Source: Lingula anatina (taxonomy: Eukaryota; Animalia; Brachiopoda). From it: 64,000 nucleotides of DNA. Where the stretch lies: positions 58,382,788 through 58,446,787 of the forward strand of contig CM120640.1 of the NCBI GenBank assembly GCA_051362555.1, written 5' to 3'. The number at the start of each line of letters is the position of its first letter. Position 1 is the stretch's first letter. The notes under the pieces are model-generated. The model made no database searches. It had not been told where the DNA came from and saw nothing but the letters and a program-made list of their open reading frames with translations. Below, one piece after another: positions 37,901-50,573 of this stretch. Made by a program: the position numbers and the translations under genes.

Positions 37901-40900
37901 GGGGGGGGATGATAAATTGTCTCTATCATTCTACCATTATCCCATGGTATCAATGCTGACTGATAAGATGCCTGTGAACAAGCAAGCTGTTGTAGAGACT
38001 GGGTAATTTCATAACACGGTTATTGTGGGGAGGGATAATTTGATGGATCAACCCAACTATGGATCAATAGATAGAGTATGAGAGAGTTTTATCTCAAGGA
38101 GGCTGGACTCCCCTAGTGTTTGTCAAGATCGTTGGATTAAGCTTAGGAGACCATACAGACATCTAGTTGGTTGCTTAGGAAGCTGATAGAGGCAATGGAG
38201 GGAAAAAAGGGGGAAAGGGATGAGGGATCTTTTGCCTGAAAATTATGTAATCATGATATTTATGAAATTGAAATTGGCTTTTTTAATAATAACATTCTGA
38301 ACACATTTAAGTGAAAAAGGAGGGGGGGGATTTCAGTATCATTTTTTATAATTTTGATATTGAATGTTGATATCTAAAGATATTGTATAATTTCCATTGT
38401 AATGTTCCCATTGGATTTTAATTTACATTCCATAATAAAATCAGCTTAATTGCTTATTCTGAATGATTAACTACATTAAAATGCTTGATTAGGAAAAGCT
38501 TATGTTGTTGGTCATTCATTTGTGAATGTAAGCAGATTATCCAAATCCTGCAATACCTTCCTAATTGAAAACTACTTAATAATTAGGAAGTGAAATATGG
38601 TGCGGTAAAGTGCTAAGTGTGGCAAGAATGGTGAGAACAAGCAAAATATTAGGTTTGCATGTCAATTAGGATTGGAATAGATGTTGGAGGGATTGACTCT
38701 AATGATGTGCCCAGAGTGAGATTGTCAAGCTTTTCTGTGAATTTATCAAAACAGGGGATGAAAAACAAAGTTGGGAGAGCTTTACACCCACATAGTGAAC
38801 AGAGCTGGAGGGTACCAGATCACAGAGCTAGGATTGTGGTATGTGACTACACTGGTAGTCAGGGATGAGCTGCTGAGGATATCATTCCAGATAACATCTT
38901 GTCTCCCCCTTGGAGTCGACACAAATTAATTGATGGGGGTCTTAAGATTTGGAAAGGTATCAGCATACCTTAAATGCTAGGCAGGGATCGACTACTATCT
39001 CTAAACTAGGCAAGAAGCAATTATAATCTATAATTATCCACTGAATGTGTCTATGTTCAGCTAATATCTTAAGCCTGATCATCTTAACAGTTTTATGTCG
39101 AGATAAACCATTTTGTCAGTTGAAATTAATGATCTGATCAGAGTTGGATATTCATTTGCGAAGGAGAATTGATCCCCTGCTCCAAAATCAATATAACAAA
39201 TTGGCAAGTTAAGTCATGGTTTATTGAAGATAAAAACCCTCCGGTTAGATCCAGAGTCCTCAGAGATTGTGCCAGGGAAGAAGGGAATGAAGTGGGTGCC
39301 AAGGATATCCAAGCTGAATAATTGGTAAGCTGAGGAGGATATCGGTTGATATTAATTGTTATAAATGTGATTATTTTACAGTTTTTATTTAGCATTTTAT
39401 GGCAGAAACATCTCAGTATAACTGAACTCAAAGAAAATAGAAATATGTAGAAAAGTATAAATGATAGAATTGGCTGCTCAAATTTCAGATCTCATCCATA
39501 GCTTGTGTTATCAACCGTTCACCACCATAATCTCCTGGATACGACTTTATCGTTGTCTCCATGCTTTTTTTCCACATGGGGTTGATTCATACATTACTTG
39601 AAACTGACAGGTGTATTGAGAAAAAGCTTGAAAAGATTTGTTCTGCTGTAGCTATTGCCAGGGTCTTGGCTTAAGTCGCTGTTGGGATAAAGGAGTTTCC
39701 ATTGTAAACCCTTGATTGGTTTTTCATTGAAGTACTCCACTGTAGGTGGGTAATGCTGGGATATGGGTTACTTGACAAAAGGCAACTTTTCCCATCCCAC
39801 ACTTGTGTGAATAGGTTTTAAAAGATAGGGTGGTAGATTTGGATTGAGTTTCAAGTTTATGTCATTGTGCTTATCTGTGGGCAAAGGTGAGAGCAAAGAG
39901 ATAAGTATGTGTTTCTATCTTTTGACTTAAAAGATGTCTAGAGGTCTTTTTCAATAAAACATTTGAAGTGCAGTTTATTTTGGATGCTAAGCAAGTATAA
40001 TCCATGCTTTTAGTTCATGTTTTAAATATTTAAAGTATTTTTATAGCAAGATAAATTTGGATGTTGAAGAACAGGTGCTAAACACAAAAGGAAAAATTGC
40101 CACAAATTGAGAAAGATAGTATCCGGCTCCAAGTGTTTTTATGCAATATAAGCCCATCATGGTGTCTAGGTCAAAGCCCCACCAGGTTCTGTCTGCCCTC
40201 CTGCCTACTACATCAACCCTCTGGTATTTATAGGGTATCCTAAGCAAATTGTCAGACCAGTCAGATGCCAAATTATTCTGACAGTTACTGCTGCTGCCAC
40301 CTATAGGTTGGATAATCTACTGTACTTGACTGCAGTGAAAATTTGGTTGCTGTCTTTGCTCTGGTGGTAGACATGGGTTTTAGAAGGCATCTAGATAGTC
40401 AAGATGAGAGGCACTTATTCATATTCAGCAGTAGTTTTTATTGGAAAATGTGAGAATGAAATATTCTTAATGATTCTAGAGTACAAATACTTGGCTTTTG
40501 GAAGCATGAGGAGCTAATTGATGTTTAGATGATATTTTATTGCCCATATTTATGATTGATTTTTAGACAAGTTTTATTTTTGGAAAGGTGTGAATGCCAG
40601 ACTTAAACTTCCTTCTAGCCTTTTTTTTTCTTTTTTAGGTGAAGAGCATGTTATTAAGTCTGAAACTACCAGTTATAAACAGCCTGCTACAGGTTCTCTT
40701 AATGTGTTTATACTAGAGCGTGAGGAAGAGTGTTGTTTAGAAATTCACAGGCAATCCTTCACCAAAGTAATTTGGTTCTGTGTAATTTTCTGGTTGCATT
40801 CAAGTGAAGCTTTTGGCCTATTCTTGTGGGAAATCTATATTTCTACCAGGGATAAAAGTTGCATAGTGTTCTAAGTAATTTCAGTGACCCCCAAGGACCT

Positions 40901-43278
40901 GAAAAGCCAAATAATATCAAAGTTTCCCCTGCCAGCAGATTTCAAGTCTGTCGTAATTTGTAACCCCAGATTGTTAACAATCTTGGTAATATTTATAGTG
41001 GCTATGTTTTTTCTGTTCAAGGGCTTTTAAAAGGCAAACATCTGGCATTAGCTGCCATGGTATATTTGTATTTGTAGAATTGATAGGCAGTAAGGGTGTC
41101 AGAATCTCTTTAGTGCTCAGGGTAAGATAGATGTATTGCAGCTTGAGACAGATAGAGAGATGGTAGAGAATTCTAGGGAGGTAAAAGAGGTGAGTTTTTA
41201 AAAATCATGCCCTATTTTTTTAAATATTCAGTACATTTGTAAGCTTTAAAAGAGTTATTCTATAGAACCCTTGATATCAGAGGTTCCTTTGTTGATGACT
41301 TGAATTGGATACAGGTGGAAAGGAACATTATCAGGAGTGAACTTGTACAGTTGAGATGTTAAAGTACATGAAAAGTACATGAAATGAAGTCCTTTTCACC
41401 AGTTTTACATCTGTCTATCAGAAATTTCTGTATGTTCCAAATTACGCCCATAAGTCACTGATTCTGTTCTACATTTTGATAGCAAACCCTTTGTCAAAAA
41501 TCAACACAATGAAGCTTGTGATATGTGAGGTTCCTTCTTGCCATTGGTAAGATAAGCTTTGTTGTTTGCTTCAAAACAGGTCTTCATTATATAACTTTCT
41601 TCTAACGGCTGCTTGTATTTATTTTCAAGCACATTAAAAAGCATTTGTAAATTAGTACAAGGCTTAATCTCTAATTTGTACCATTTGTGCCATGGAATAG
41701 GGCTGGCAAGAACAACAGCCAGTAAAATACATTCTTTATATTGTATAATTAAAACCATATTGATGGTATTTGTTTGGATGGCGCAATACTGGGTTTGCCT
41801 AAAGAAAGGTTTTTTATTCTGGATCTGACATTCTTCATTGTTTTCTGTGAGGTCTAGACTAATAAAATTACACAACATGATACCATATTAAGTGCTCCAA
41901 GGTCTAACTGCTGAAATAATAAAATACAACATTTTGATGCTAGAATAGAGGTGTTCTCTGATCCTGTCATTCTTCCATACTACCACTGCCACTAGTACTA
42001 GCACTATAGCTGCCAGCCAAAACATGTTGCTGCTCTTTGGAGAGGCTTTCAGATGGAAGGTAATGTTGAAAGCAGTTGGTTCACCTGATAGGATGTTAGA
42101 TCAGTTCTGGTTTGCCAATAAGACATATAAGAACTCTTCTCGCTAGTGCTAATTGAATCTGTGATAGAATGTAATAAGTTAGGTGGTAATGTCATTTGAA
42201 TGAATTGTAGCTAGGGTTTCTCACTCATAAGAAAGTGTTTAGCAGTGGCCCTGAATCACCTTTGTCAGTATTGACTAGATGTGACTTTGATGATTTTGTT
42301 CTTCCTTTGGTTTCTGGCCTATCTGTTAATCGCATTCTACTGATTTACATTTGTGTGGGAAATGGTATTTGTAAGATAGTATAAATTGTAGAGCGGGTTG
42401 GATAACATGAAATGGCAAATGATTAATACATGAACACAAAAACCTTTCATTTTCTTTAGATTTGTGAACTGCAGTGTTGTTCTCTATTTAATTTAAGACT
42501 GAAATGGTCTATTTGATAGTAAAATTCAGAGTATTGGTAGCCTTCAAACCTTTTACAGCTCTAATGGGCCACACACATAATGTTGGTTTACATGTCTGAT
42601 AAACTTTTCACACAGAAGCCTCTTGTTCAACATAAGCAAAATGTGGCTGGAGTTGATAGAAAAGTGGTACACAGGCCAGAAAAACCTAGGGCAGAAAGTA
42701 AATGATATGTTCCAGATCTGTTAAATAATGCCCAATAACTCACAGGTGACATTTAAAACCTGTTGGTATATAGCAGGTATATGCAATAATTACTGTGTAA
42801 TATACACATAGTAACACCAAGGAATTTCTGAGGAAAGTGTACAGCTAAGATTTGTGAGAAATTAATTTATGAAGTGATTGGTGCGTTTTTGTGAAAATTA
42901 GTTTTTATTGCAATCTAGCTCATTCTGAGGATACAGTTATTGACATTTATTCATTGATTCCTCACTATTCATTATATGAAGATTGTTTTCACTCTGATCA
43001 CTTGCATTTGTCTACACTGTCAATTTCTTATGAATTGTTCTCTTTGTAACTTGGCAAACTGTATTTTTGTTTTAAATGTACTGAAAAGTTTTGTTAGGCA
43101 AAATATAAACTTCAAAATTTGCCTTAGTCAGAATATTTCTTCAAAAACATCAGTTTTGTGGTTTTTTGCTGATTTATTTTTCTATCATTTATACAATAAC
43201 CCCCAAGATGTATTTCAGTTTAATTTGGAATTAATGTTGTAGAAATGCAGTTCAGGTTTGGGAGTGACACAAAATTAA

Positions 43279-43582
43279 AGGGATAATTCCTCTTCGTATG
43301 AGATCTATATTTTACAATAAAAACATTGTGAACAACTCATAGAAATATAATATATTCTGTTGTACAAGAAAAACAGCGGTTAAAGCTATTATTCTGATAT
43401 CTGAACTTGTCTTTAGACCACGTGACCTCCATTGATGGCTATACTCTGTTATAATTTCTTAAGAGATTATAACAAAAAAAAAAAACTTTTCAGAAAAAAA
43501 ACCAGGGACTAACTTTGAATGTAAAAATGGATTCATTAATTATTGGTAAGTACGGGATAATTGTTGTTTACTTCAGGAAAAT

Positions 43583-43638
<56 letters not shown>

Positions 43639-43658
43639 CAAAACGAGTTATTATCCCT
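43279..43658 (+). mobile_element. TTAA-targeted MITE (Kolobok-type), copy 2, with an expanded internal poly-T
   Basis: Collinear with 7654-7961. Perfect TTAA TSD at 43275-43278 and 43659-43662. AG..CT termini. T52 at 43585-43636. Confidence 0.9.
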
Positions 43659-43990
43659 TTAAGTAATTAATTTTTTTCTCTCTACCTTTATCTGCATGAA
43701 TAAATTAAACCACTTTAATCTTTTTTTTAAGCTTTGCAAAAGCCATACTTGATACTGAGGGGAAATTTCTGCAATTTTTAGCCTCCCTTGTTTTAAAGCA
43801 TTATTAATGCCTGCATCTACTGAGGCATTGGAGAGTTTTTACTTACCATACAGTTCTATTTTTGGAATGTAAATGGCGAATAAGTTAAATTGTCCCTGAC
43901 ATAGATTTAACACATGGCTTACCTTAGTGTAACTGCTTGAAAGAAAGGAAGTATATAAGATCAATTATCTTAATGTAGTATTAGGAGTAA

Positions 43991-44693
43991 GGATATTGTC
44001 ACCCTTTATTATCATCCAGATACTGAAAATGATTTTTTTCTTGTACCTAATTATTCAATAATGCATCTATATTGTGCTGGTTTAAAACAATGAAAAACCC
44101 TCAAAAAATAAATAAATAAACAAATTAAATATCAGTGTTAGTATTTTTTGTTGTAATATATAAGTATAGACAACTCAAAGCTTAATTGCCAATTTAACAT
44201 ATTTCTATTTTAAGGTGAGATAGCAATGGGGTGCAACTTCATCCCTGAACAAGATTTTTTCACGAAAATTGGATGAGTTGACCAGGAGTGTATTGGCTAC
44301 AATCCCATGCCGGCATTTTGATTTAAATGTTTTTGTTATGGGGTTATGAGGGCCTAATTACAGATTTTCATTGAACAAAGGCATCATTTTTCTTTTTCAG
44401 TGATAAAATCTGAACTAAGACTTTTACTAAAATTGCTCGCGGAGTTTTAGAGTACTAAATGGTGTTATTAAATCGGTGCTAAAATGGTGATTGTGGGTGC
44501 TCGGGTAAAAGAGAAATTTGAGAAACCGATTTTTCAGTTTTTACCCCAAGGTCACAATTATGACGTCGTCCATAAGATGACATGTGTAAATGTTAATTAA
44601 TTTAGGCACTGAACACTGAAAATTTATTTATTACCCAAAAGAATGTAAATAAGGCAGTAAATAAGGAGTTTGGAGCGAAGGGTGATAATATCC
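43991..44693. mobile_element. Probable TTAA-type (Kolobok-like) non-autonomous element, possibly composite
   Basis: 16-bp TIR GGATATTGTCACCCTT / AAGGGTGATAATATCC (one mismatch). Flanks GTAA and TTAA. Further TTAA-GGT and ACC-TTAA junctions at 44210, 44694 and 44871 hint at nested or adjacent pieces. Confidence 0.55.
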
Positions 44694-45660
44694 TTAAGGT
44701 TAGACTTTGGGTTCCATCTCAGTATGAAAACTGCTCATTTCATACACATTTTGTCCAAGGTGACATGAACATCAGTTATAAAGTCTAAATCTATTTTTAT
44801 TTTAAACTAATAGTCTAAGAAAACTTTTACTATTTGTCAATGTTAAGGCCATTTATGACCCCTCCCTACCTTAAGGAAAGAATCATTATTTAATATATCA
44901 TTGCAAAGACCTTCCTTAATGCACAGTGCTAAGAACTGTGTCAAAAAATATCAGGGCCAGCGAAATTCTGCAGTTCATAAACAATAGCCTGGCATGATGA
45001 AATATTACATAAATAAGTGGTTCTGACTGCTTCACCTAGTGTGTTTGTTGTTGGCCTCACAAACCAGTTGGAGGCAGCTAAAAGGGACTTGATAGATCAC
45101 TCTAATAATTCATTTCAAAGAGACATTGAAGACAATATTTCATCATTTTCACTTGAGCAACTTATTTGATTAAGCATGTCATGCAAGCTGGAAAATCTTA
45201 ACCAATATCAAGTTAAGCGTGGACGCATATGGCAGTCGATTATAGTTATGTTGGGAACTTGGCCAATTAAGTCTTTTGTAGCTAATACAGACCATTTATT
45301 GACTATCAAGGTGGAAAAATCATTAAACATAATTGAGTTGGTTATCAGTGCCTGATAATGTGCAATCCATCAATAAAGAGGCAATACTCCATTATTGACA
45401 CAGTCAGTCACATCATCAAGGTAAACTGGCAAAATCATTTTGCTCTGACTGCCTTTGACATCAGAATACAAAAGAATTGCCTTTCAGCCCAAACCTCTTC
45501 AGTGAGTAGCCCGGGTAAATATTATCATCCCAGGGAATGCTATAATAACCTGGAGGAGTCAATAGAAAAAGTCCTATTGTCCTAGTAGTGGATACTTTGT
45601 GACAGTGACTTTATTGGGCGGATTTTATTTTATTTTTTTTTTATTATTATTTATTTCCAG

Positions 45661-45771
45661 ATGAATCAAGGCCTAACCAAGTGCAAGGAAGAGGAGAGTT
45701 GTAATCAAGTTCTGGAGACAGGCACAGTCAATGGTCCACAGAGGAGTACATCTAGAGATCACCTTAGTGAT
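45661..45771 (+). CDS. AUTS2: AUTS2-family (AUTS2/FBRSL1/FBRS/tay) coding exon, equivalent to vertebrate exon 3; 111 bp, phase 0/0
   Basis: Long pyrimidine tract ending ttatttccAG; donor GAT|GTAAGT. Encodes MNQGLTKCKEEESCNQVLETGTVNGPQRSTSRDHLSD. The end matches human AUTS2 RSSSRERLSD (recalled). The symbol denotes the family. Confidence 0.88.
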
Positions 45772-47443
45772 GTAAGTATTACATTTATTTACTAAAAAAA
45801 GGATAACACAGGTTTAGAAATTTACTTTTTCAGTTTTTGTTTTGCGATAGAGATACACCAAACCTGTTTATATAGATTTATCATTGCTTACACAACAGTA
45901 TTTTTGTCAAATTTAAGTTATTTTTTAAAGAAAGAATATTTGTTTCAGACGTTCATAGAGTCAGTATTCATAAATGACAAAATTACAAAGAAACCAATTT
46001 TCAATGGTTCAAAGGTAGATATTCTGTTCAAAAACTTTGTTTTTTTTTATCGAGGAAATTTCTGTTTTAGAATCTATTTGTGTTATGTCATCAATATCTT
46101 CAGCTTTTCTATCTTTCGTCTTCATACTTTTTTAAATTCGTGTAATAAGAGGCAAAATACTTTTTTCACACTGATTTATTCCAATAAAGTTACCAGCATG
46201 CAACTGATTCCCTTGTGCATCCAGTTTCTCCCTGTTAACTAACCACTTGAGAATATTTACACCAGATGAATAACATCCTTGATTCTGCCCTGTATATTGC
46301 AGTATATCACATCTCAAGGGACAATAGAACTTGATCTGTCTGTCATCTGTTTATGAGGTAACTCATTAGCGCTTTGAACTTCAGTCTATTCTGTTGTATT
46401 AGGACTGGCCCCTAACAGTTCAAGTAAATTCATCCTGACTTTCACAGACAGCCATTGATGCTTGAAAAAATATCTTTAATGATTTTCTTTGGAGGTGATA
46501 TCCTATATCTGTCATCAGCAGGCATCTGCATATTTAGAAAATGTCTCCTTTCATACCTCAATGAAGCAGTTACTTTGAGTCTGTTGTCTGCTGTGGTCAG
46601 GCCATAGCCCCTTTCAGGTCTCATTGGAACATTTATGTACCTCAGTGGGCAGCTGTACATACAGAATGTGATCAGTGGAGGGAAATACAAGTAGAGGATT
46701 ATCTTGAAATAGAGAAAAAAAAACCTACATAATCCCTGAGCTTTAATATCACAAGAAGTATCTTGATATTAAAGTTAACCCTTTACTTACATTGGCAGTC
46801 TGCCCAGACTTTGTCTTGTAATGTAATAAGGACCTTAAAGGGCAACAGAAGGCAGAACTTATAGCTTTTGCTGCACTTCATTGCTTCTGTCACCTTTTGC
46901 CAATATCCAGATACTTAGCTTCTCGGACTTGTGCTTTCATCCCGCCATTAACACAAGACCTCTCAACGATTTTCAATAAGACACAGCAGACTGCAACAAT
47001 GATTTCCAATAAAAGGCGGCAGTGGCATTTATTTCAGTTAAATTTTCTTCCCAATGGCTTTTAAAGTTGATTTCCTGAAAAGTGGTAGCTTTGGCAGGGA
47101 TAATGCAGTCAAGCACCGGGGCAGCACGCCACCAAGACATGTCGGATTCCTGCGAAGTGTTTGCATGGCACAAAGGTTTGATGCTGAAAACAATAGCTAA
47201 ACCAGGAGGTGGGGAGATGGATAGACTACATTGAGTGCTTGTCAAACACAACCAAAATTGGGATTGCAATTAACTTGACGCGGGCTATTGATTCCCTTGT
47301 GTGTATGGTAATATTTTGCCTATGGATTTTCACTGGGTACATATTTATGATTTGAATAAGGCATGAGAAGTGGGATGTACACGTCCTGATGGTGAAATTT
47401 TATGTTTCATTAGCTGATCAATACCACTTGTTTTCTGCTTCAG

Positions 47444-47482
47444 GTCAGTAGTATACAGTCCAGCTCCGGGAAAGGATACATT
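47444..47482 (+). CDS. AUTS2: AUTS2-family 39-bp coding exon (vertebrate exon 4 equivalent), phase 0/0
   Basis: Acceptor ttttctgcttcAG; donor ATT|GTAAGT. Encodes VSSIQSSSGKGYI vs human SSAPSSLGTGYF (recalled). Confidence 0.88.
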
Positions 47483-50400
47483 GTAAGTGTAGAACTTTTC
47501 TTTGTTACTATTTCTTTAATTTAGTGCAGTTTGAAATATCACGATATGTGTGTGAAGTATAAAGTAATAAAGTACCTGGGTTAAAAAAGAAAACGTACTC
47601 AACAGAGGATATGTACATACTTTAAGTAGCTGATTAGATTCAAGAACACGGGACTATGCTTGAGGTCTTTGGTAACTTTTTTTACCCACAGCTCAAAGGT
47701 AAGTGTCTACTTGAAACAGAACAGAACATCTGCAGTCATGGCTGCTTTGAGCTTCTGCATTTGATCAGAAGATAGGAAACTTTCACAGCTTGATCTGTGT
47801 ATTACTAGAGCTATGCGGCCTGTTATCTCCAGTGCTTCAATGGGTTTAGTACCTTTATCTTACTCCCAAGATGGTTTTGAAGTAGCAATTATAACCAGAG
47901 CAATACTGCCTCTCAAGTTGGTGAGGAGATATCAAATATGTGTTTAGTTATGATAGGAGAGACCATAGAGTGCATAGAGTTCTCACTAAACAAATGCATT
48001 TCATAAAAGTGTGTGATGTGTTTGAAGAGGGCTTCTATCACTTTCTGCAAGATTTACTGCACTTGCGTCATGGACCTCAATGGCCGTGTTTGGAGAGGGC
48101 TCCTAGATCTAAATTTCATCCCTGCAGTACACTTGTGTTTCTCTTGGAAGCTCTTGCAGCTACTTGATGATTAATGGCTCTGTAACAGCTTGGTAGCAAT
48201 AAATTAAAAGCCCCTAATGAATGTTTTTCCTTTAAACTACCACATTTAGAAAGGTTAATTCACCTGATATGTTGTAAATTTCCAACAAGGTTGATTTGCC
48301 AAAGAGGTAGGAAGTTGGGCGTTGGGCTGTCAATTCCAGCGAGGTGTGTATTTATTGAGAGCGACACTGCTATTGACTTTGAACTGTGAAGCGCCTTGTA
48401 TTCTACATGTTTGTATGTGTGTTTAAGCAATTAGAAGTTAAAAGGTAAATGTATTCACACAGCTTCTGCCATCTTAACCTGCTGACTGTGTGTATTACAT
48501 ACAGGTGATTTGAAACTAGTTCATGCACACACCATGCTTTACGACAGAGGTCACAGAGGGCAGCCATTGGAATTTTGCACAAATGTTTATATATTGGCAA
48601 TGTATAACCCTCGCCTGAAGCCATGTGACCTCTGTGCCACAGGAGCCAGAGCTGTGCCATATGAGCTCTGTCTGCCATAACATAATTTAAGTAAATGATA
48701 AAATTGAAAATTTGCACCAAAGGCCATGACCAATCAGTTGGAGACCAGCCACCCACCAGTCTTCAGAGACGTAGCCAAAGCTTTCTCAGTAGTGAACATG
48801 TAAATGTTCTTCATTTGGTGACAAATTATACTGGTGTCACATGGTTGTGATACCAGAGACTTGAAACCTTGCCCATCAGACAGGAAGAAGTAGACTGTAG
48901 TCAATATTTGCTATCCTTTGGTTGGAAAACATTCAATCAAAATTGGGGGGAAAAAAAGAACAGGAATGACAATAATGCCATGGATGCCTTGTAGGTATAT
49001 AGAATATGAGATCAAATGCTATAGTATACAAAGCTGTTGACAGTTGACATATTAAAAAAAAAAGATATTATCTATGTTTAAAAAAAAGAACAGGAATGGA
49101 AAAAAAGTACTTGGATTGAAAAATGTGTTAGAAAAAATGGTATAAGCAAGTGCTTGAGATATGAAGCATCCGTTATTATTGTGCTCCCATCGGCCATGTT
49201 CCAAAGACAGTAGTCTGTGTTTCTGTCTGGGTCTGGGTCTTCATTGGTCCTTTGAGAGGATGGCGTGGAAAAATAAGGATTTCAATCATGTATAGGTTTT
49301 CCCAATGGATCTCAAATCTTTGACCAGGAGAGAAGTTGGCTTCGGGAAATGCAAATGACTGGTTGAAATTTATTATTGATGAAATGTTGTCTGAAAGAGC
49401 AAAAACAGCTTGTGTTCACTAATAGACCCATTTATTTCGGGCCATTATCACATTCATCAATTATTCACTTGGAAGGAAAATGTTAGTCAATTATATGATT
49501 TGGCTTAAATTTAACAAATGATGGCATTTTTATATGAATAAATGGACCCAGGCCCCTTTTTACTGTGGGAGACATTTTTCAAAGTGATCAAAAAAGAAAG
49601 TATTAATACAATTTCCCTTTAGATTGAGCAGAACATAGGAAATTTGAAATGATTTTTTAACAAAGCTGATTACCTGTAAGCCAGGTGTTGGAAGCTTAAT
49701 GAAATTAACCTGTATTTAATTACTAAAAATACTGCACTAAGAGATTCCCTTTGAAGTTGAGTCAACCAAATTAAATAATTCCGTGATGGCAATCTCCCTC
49801 TATGTATGGTAGTTGCCAGTGACCCCTGTTTATGCCAAACAATTGATGTTTGATGTTCACTAACTGCTCTGCAAATTACTTTTTTCTATTCATTGTTTTT
49901 GTAATAAGCTTCATTGTCCTCTTTACAAGTAATGCATTATCCAGCAATCTGCTCTTACTGTCGTGATTGAAATACCGAGTCTAAATAGATATTTTATTAA
50001 ATAGATTTAAAAGAATACAATTAAAGGCAAACATATGAGCAAGTCGGGATTGTAATGGCTGTTAGTTCCCATTAGCAGCATTCCTTTTATCAGAATTACC
50101 AGATTTACATTTCTCTATTTTCCCTTAGTTAAGGTGCAGATAATTTCACTGTTTGCATGATTATTTTAATGCCTGATGTACATAGATTGAAAAACATACA
50201 TGTATATACATTAATATCTTGTTTCAAAATTAGGAACAAAATTGATTGTTTATCTTTTCATAATCAAGGTCAAAATGCACTAAGTGAAAGCCTTCTTAAA
50301 TTACTAACATGACTTATAAATTCTTCATCACATTTTTTATTGTAGAGTATTTAGTTATTTATTTTCCTACATATCTGCTGACACATATATATATATACTT

Positions 50401-50546
50401 GTTTGGCACATGTTTATGTCCTGGCTTGTCCTACTAATAATGGAATTATTACATATGTGTGAAATAAAATTGAGCTGATGGTGTAATTGTTTTTATTACT
50501 GGTGATAATTCATTTTTGATGACTGTTTTCCTGTTATTCCTTACAG

Positions 50547-50573
50547 TGTGACAGTGAAAGTGGAGACGAGAGG
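50547..50573 (+). CDS. AUTS2: AUTS2-family 27-bp micro-exon (vertebrate exon 5 equivalent), phase 0/0
   Basis: Acceptor ttttcctgttattccttacAG; donor AGG|GTGAGT. Encodes CDSESGDER vs human CDSDSDQEEK (recalled). Confidence 0.88.

Noticed and set aside
40639-40770. Strong pyrimidine tract plus AG followed by an open frame (GEEHVIKSETT...)
   Set aside because: The long frame would be phase 1, incompatible with the phase-0 neighbours. The phase-0 reading has no convincing donor and no homology.
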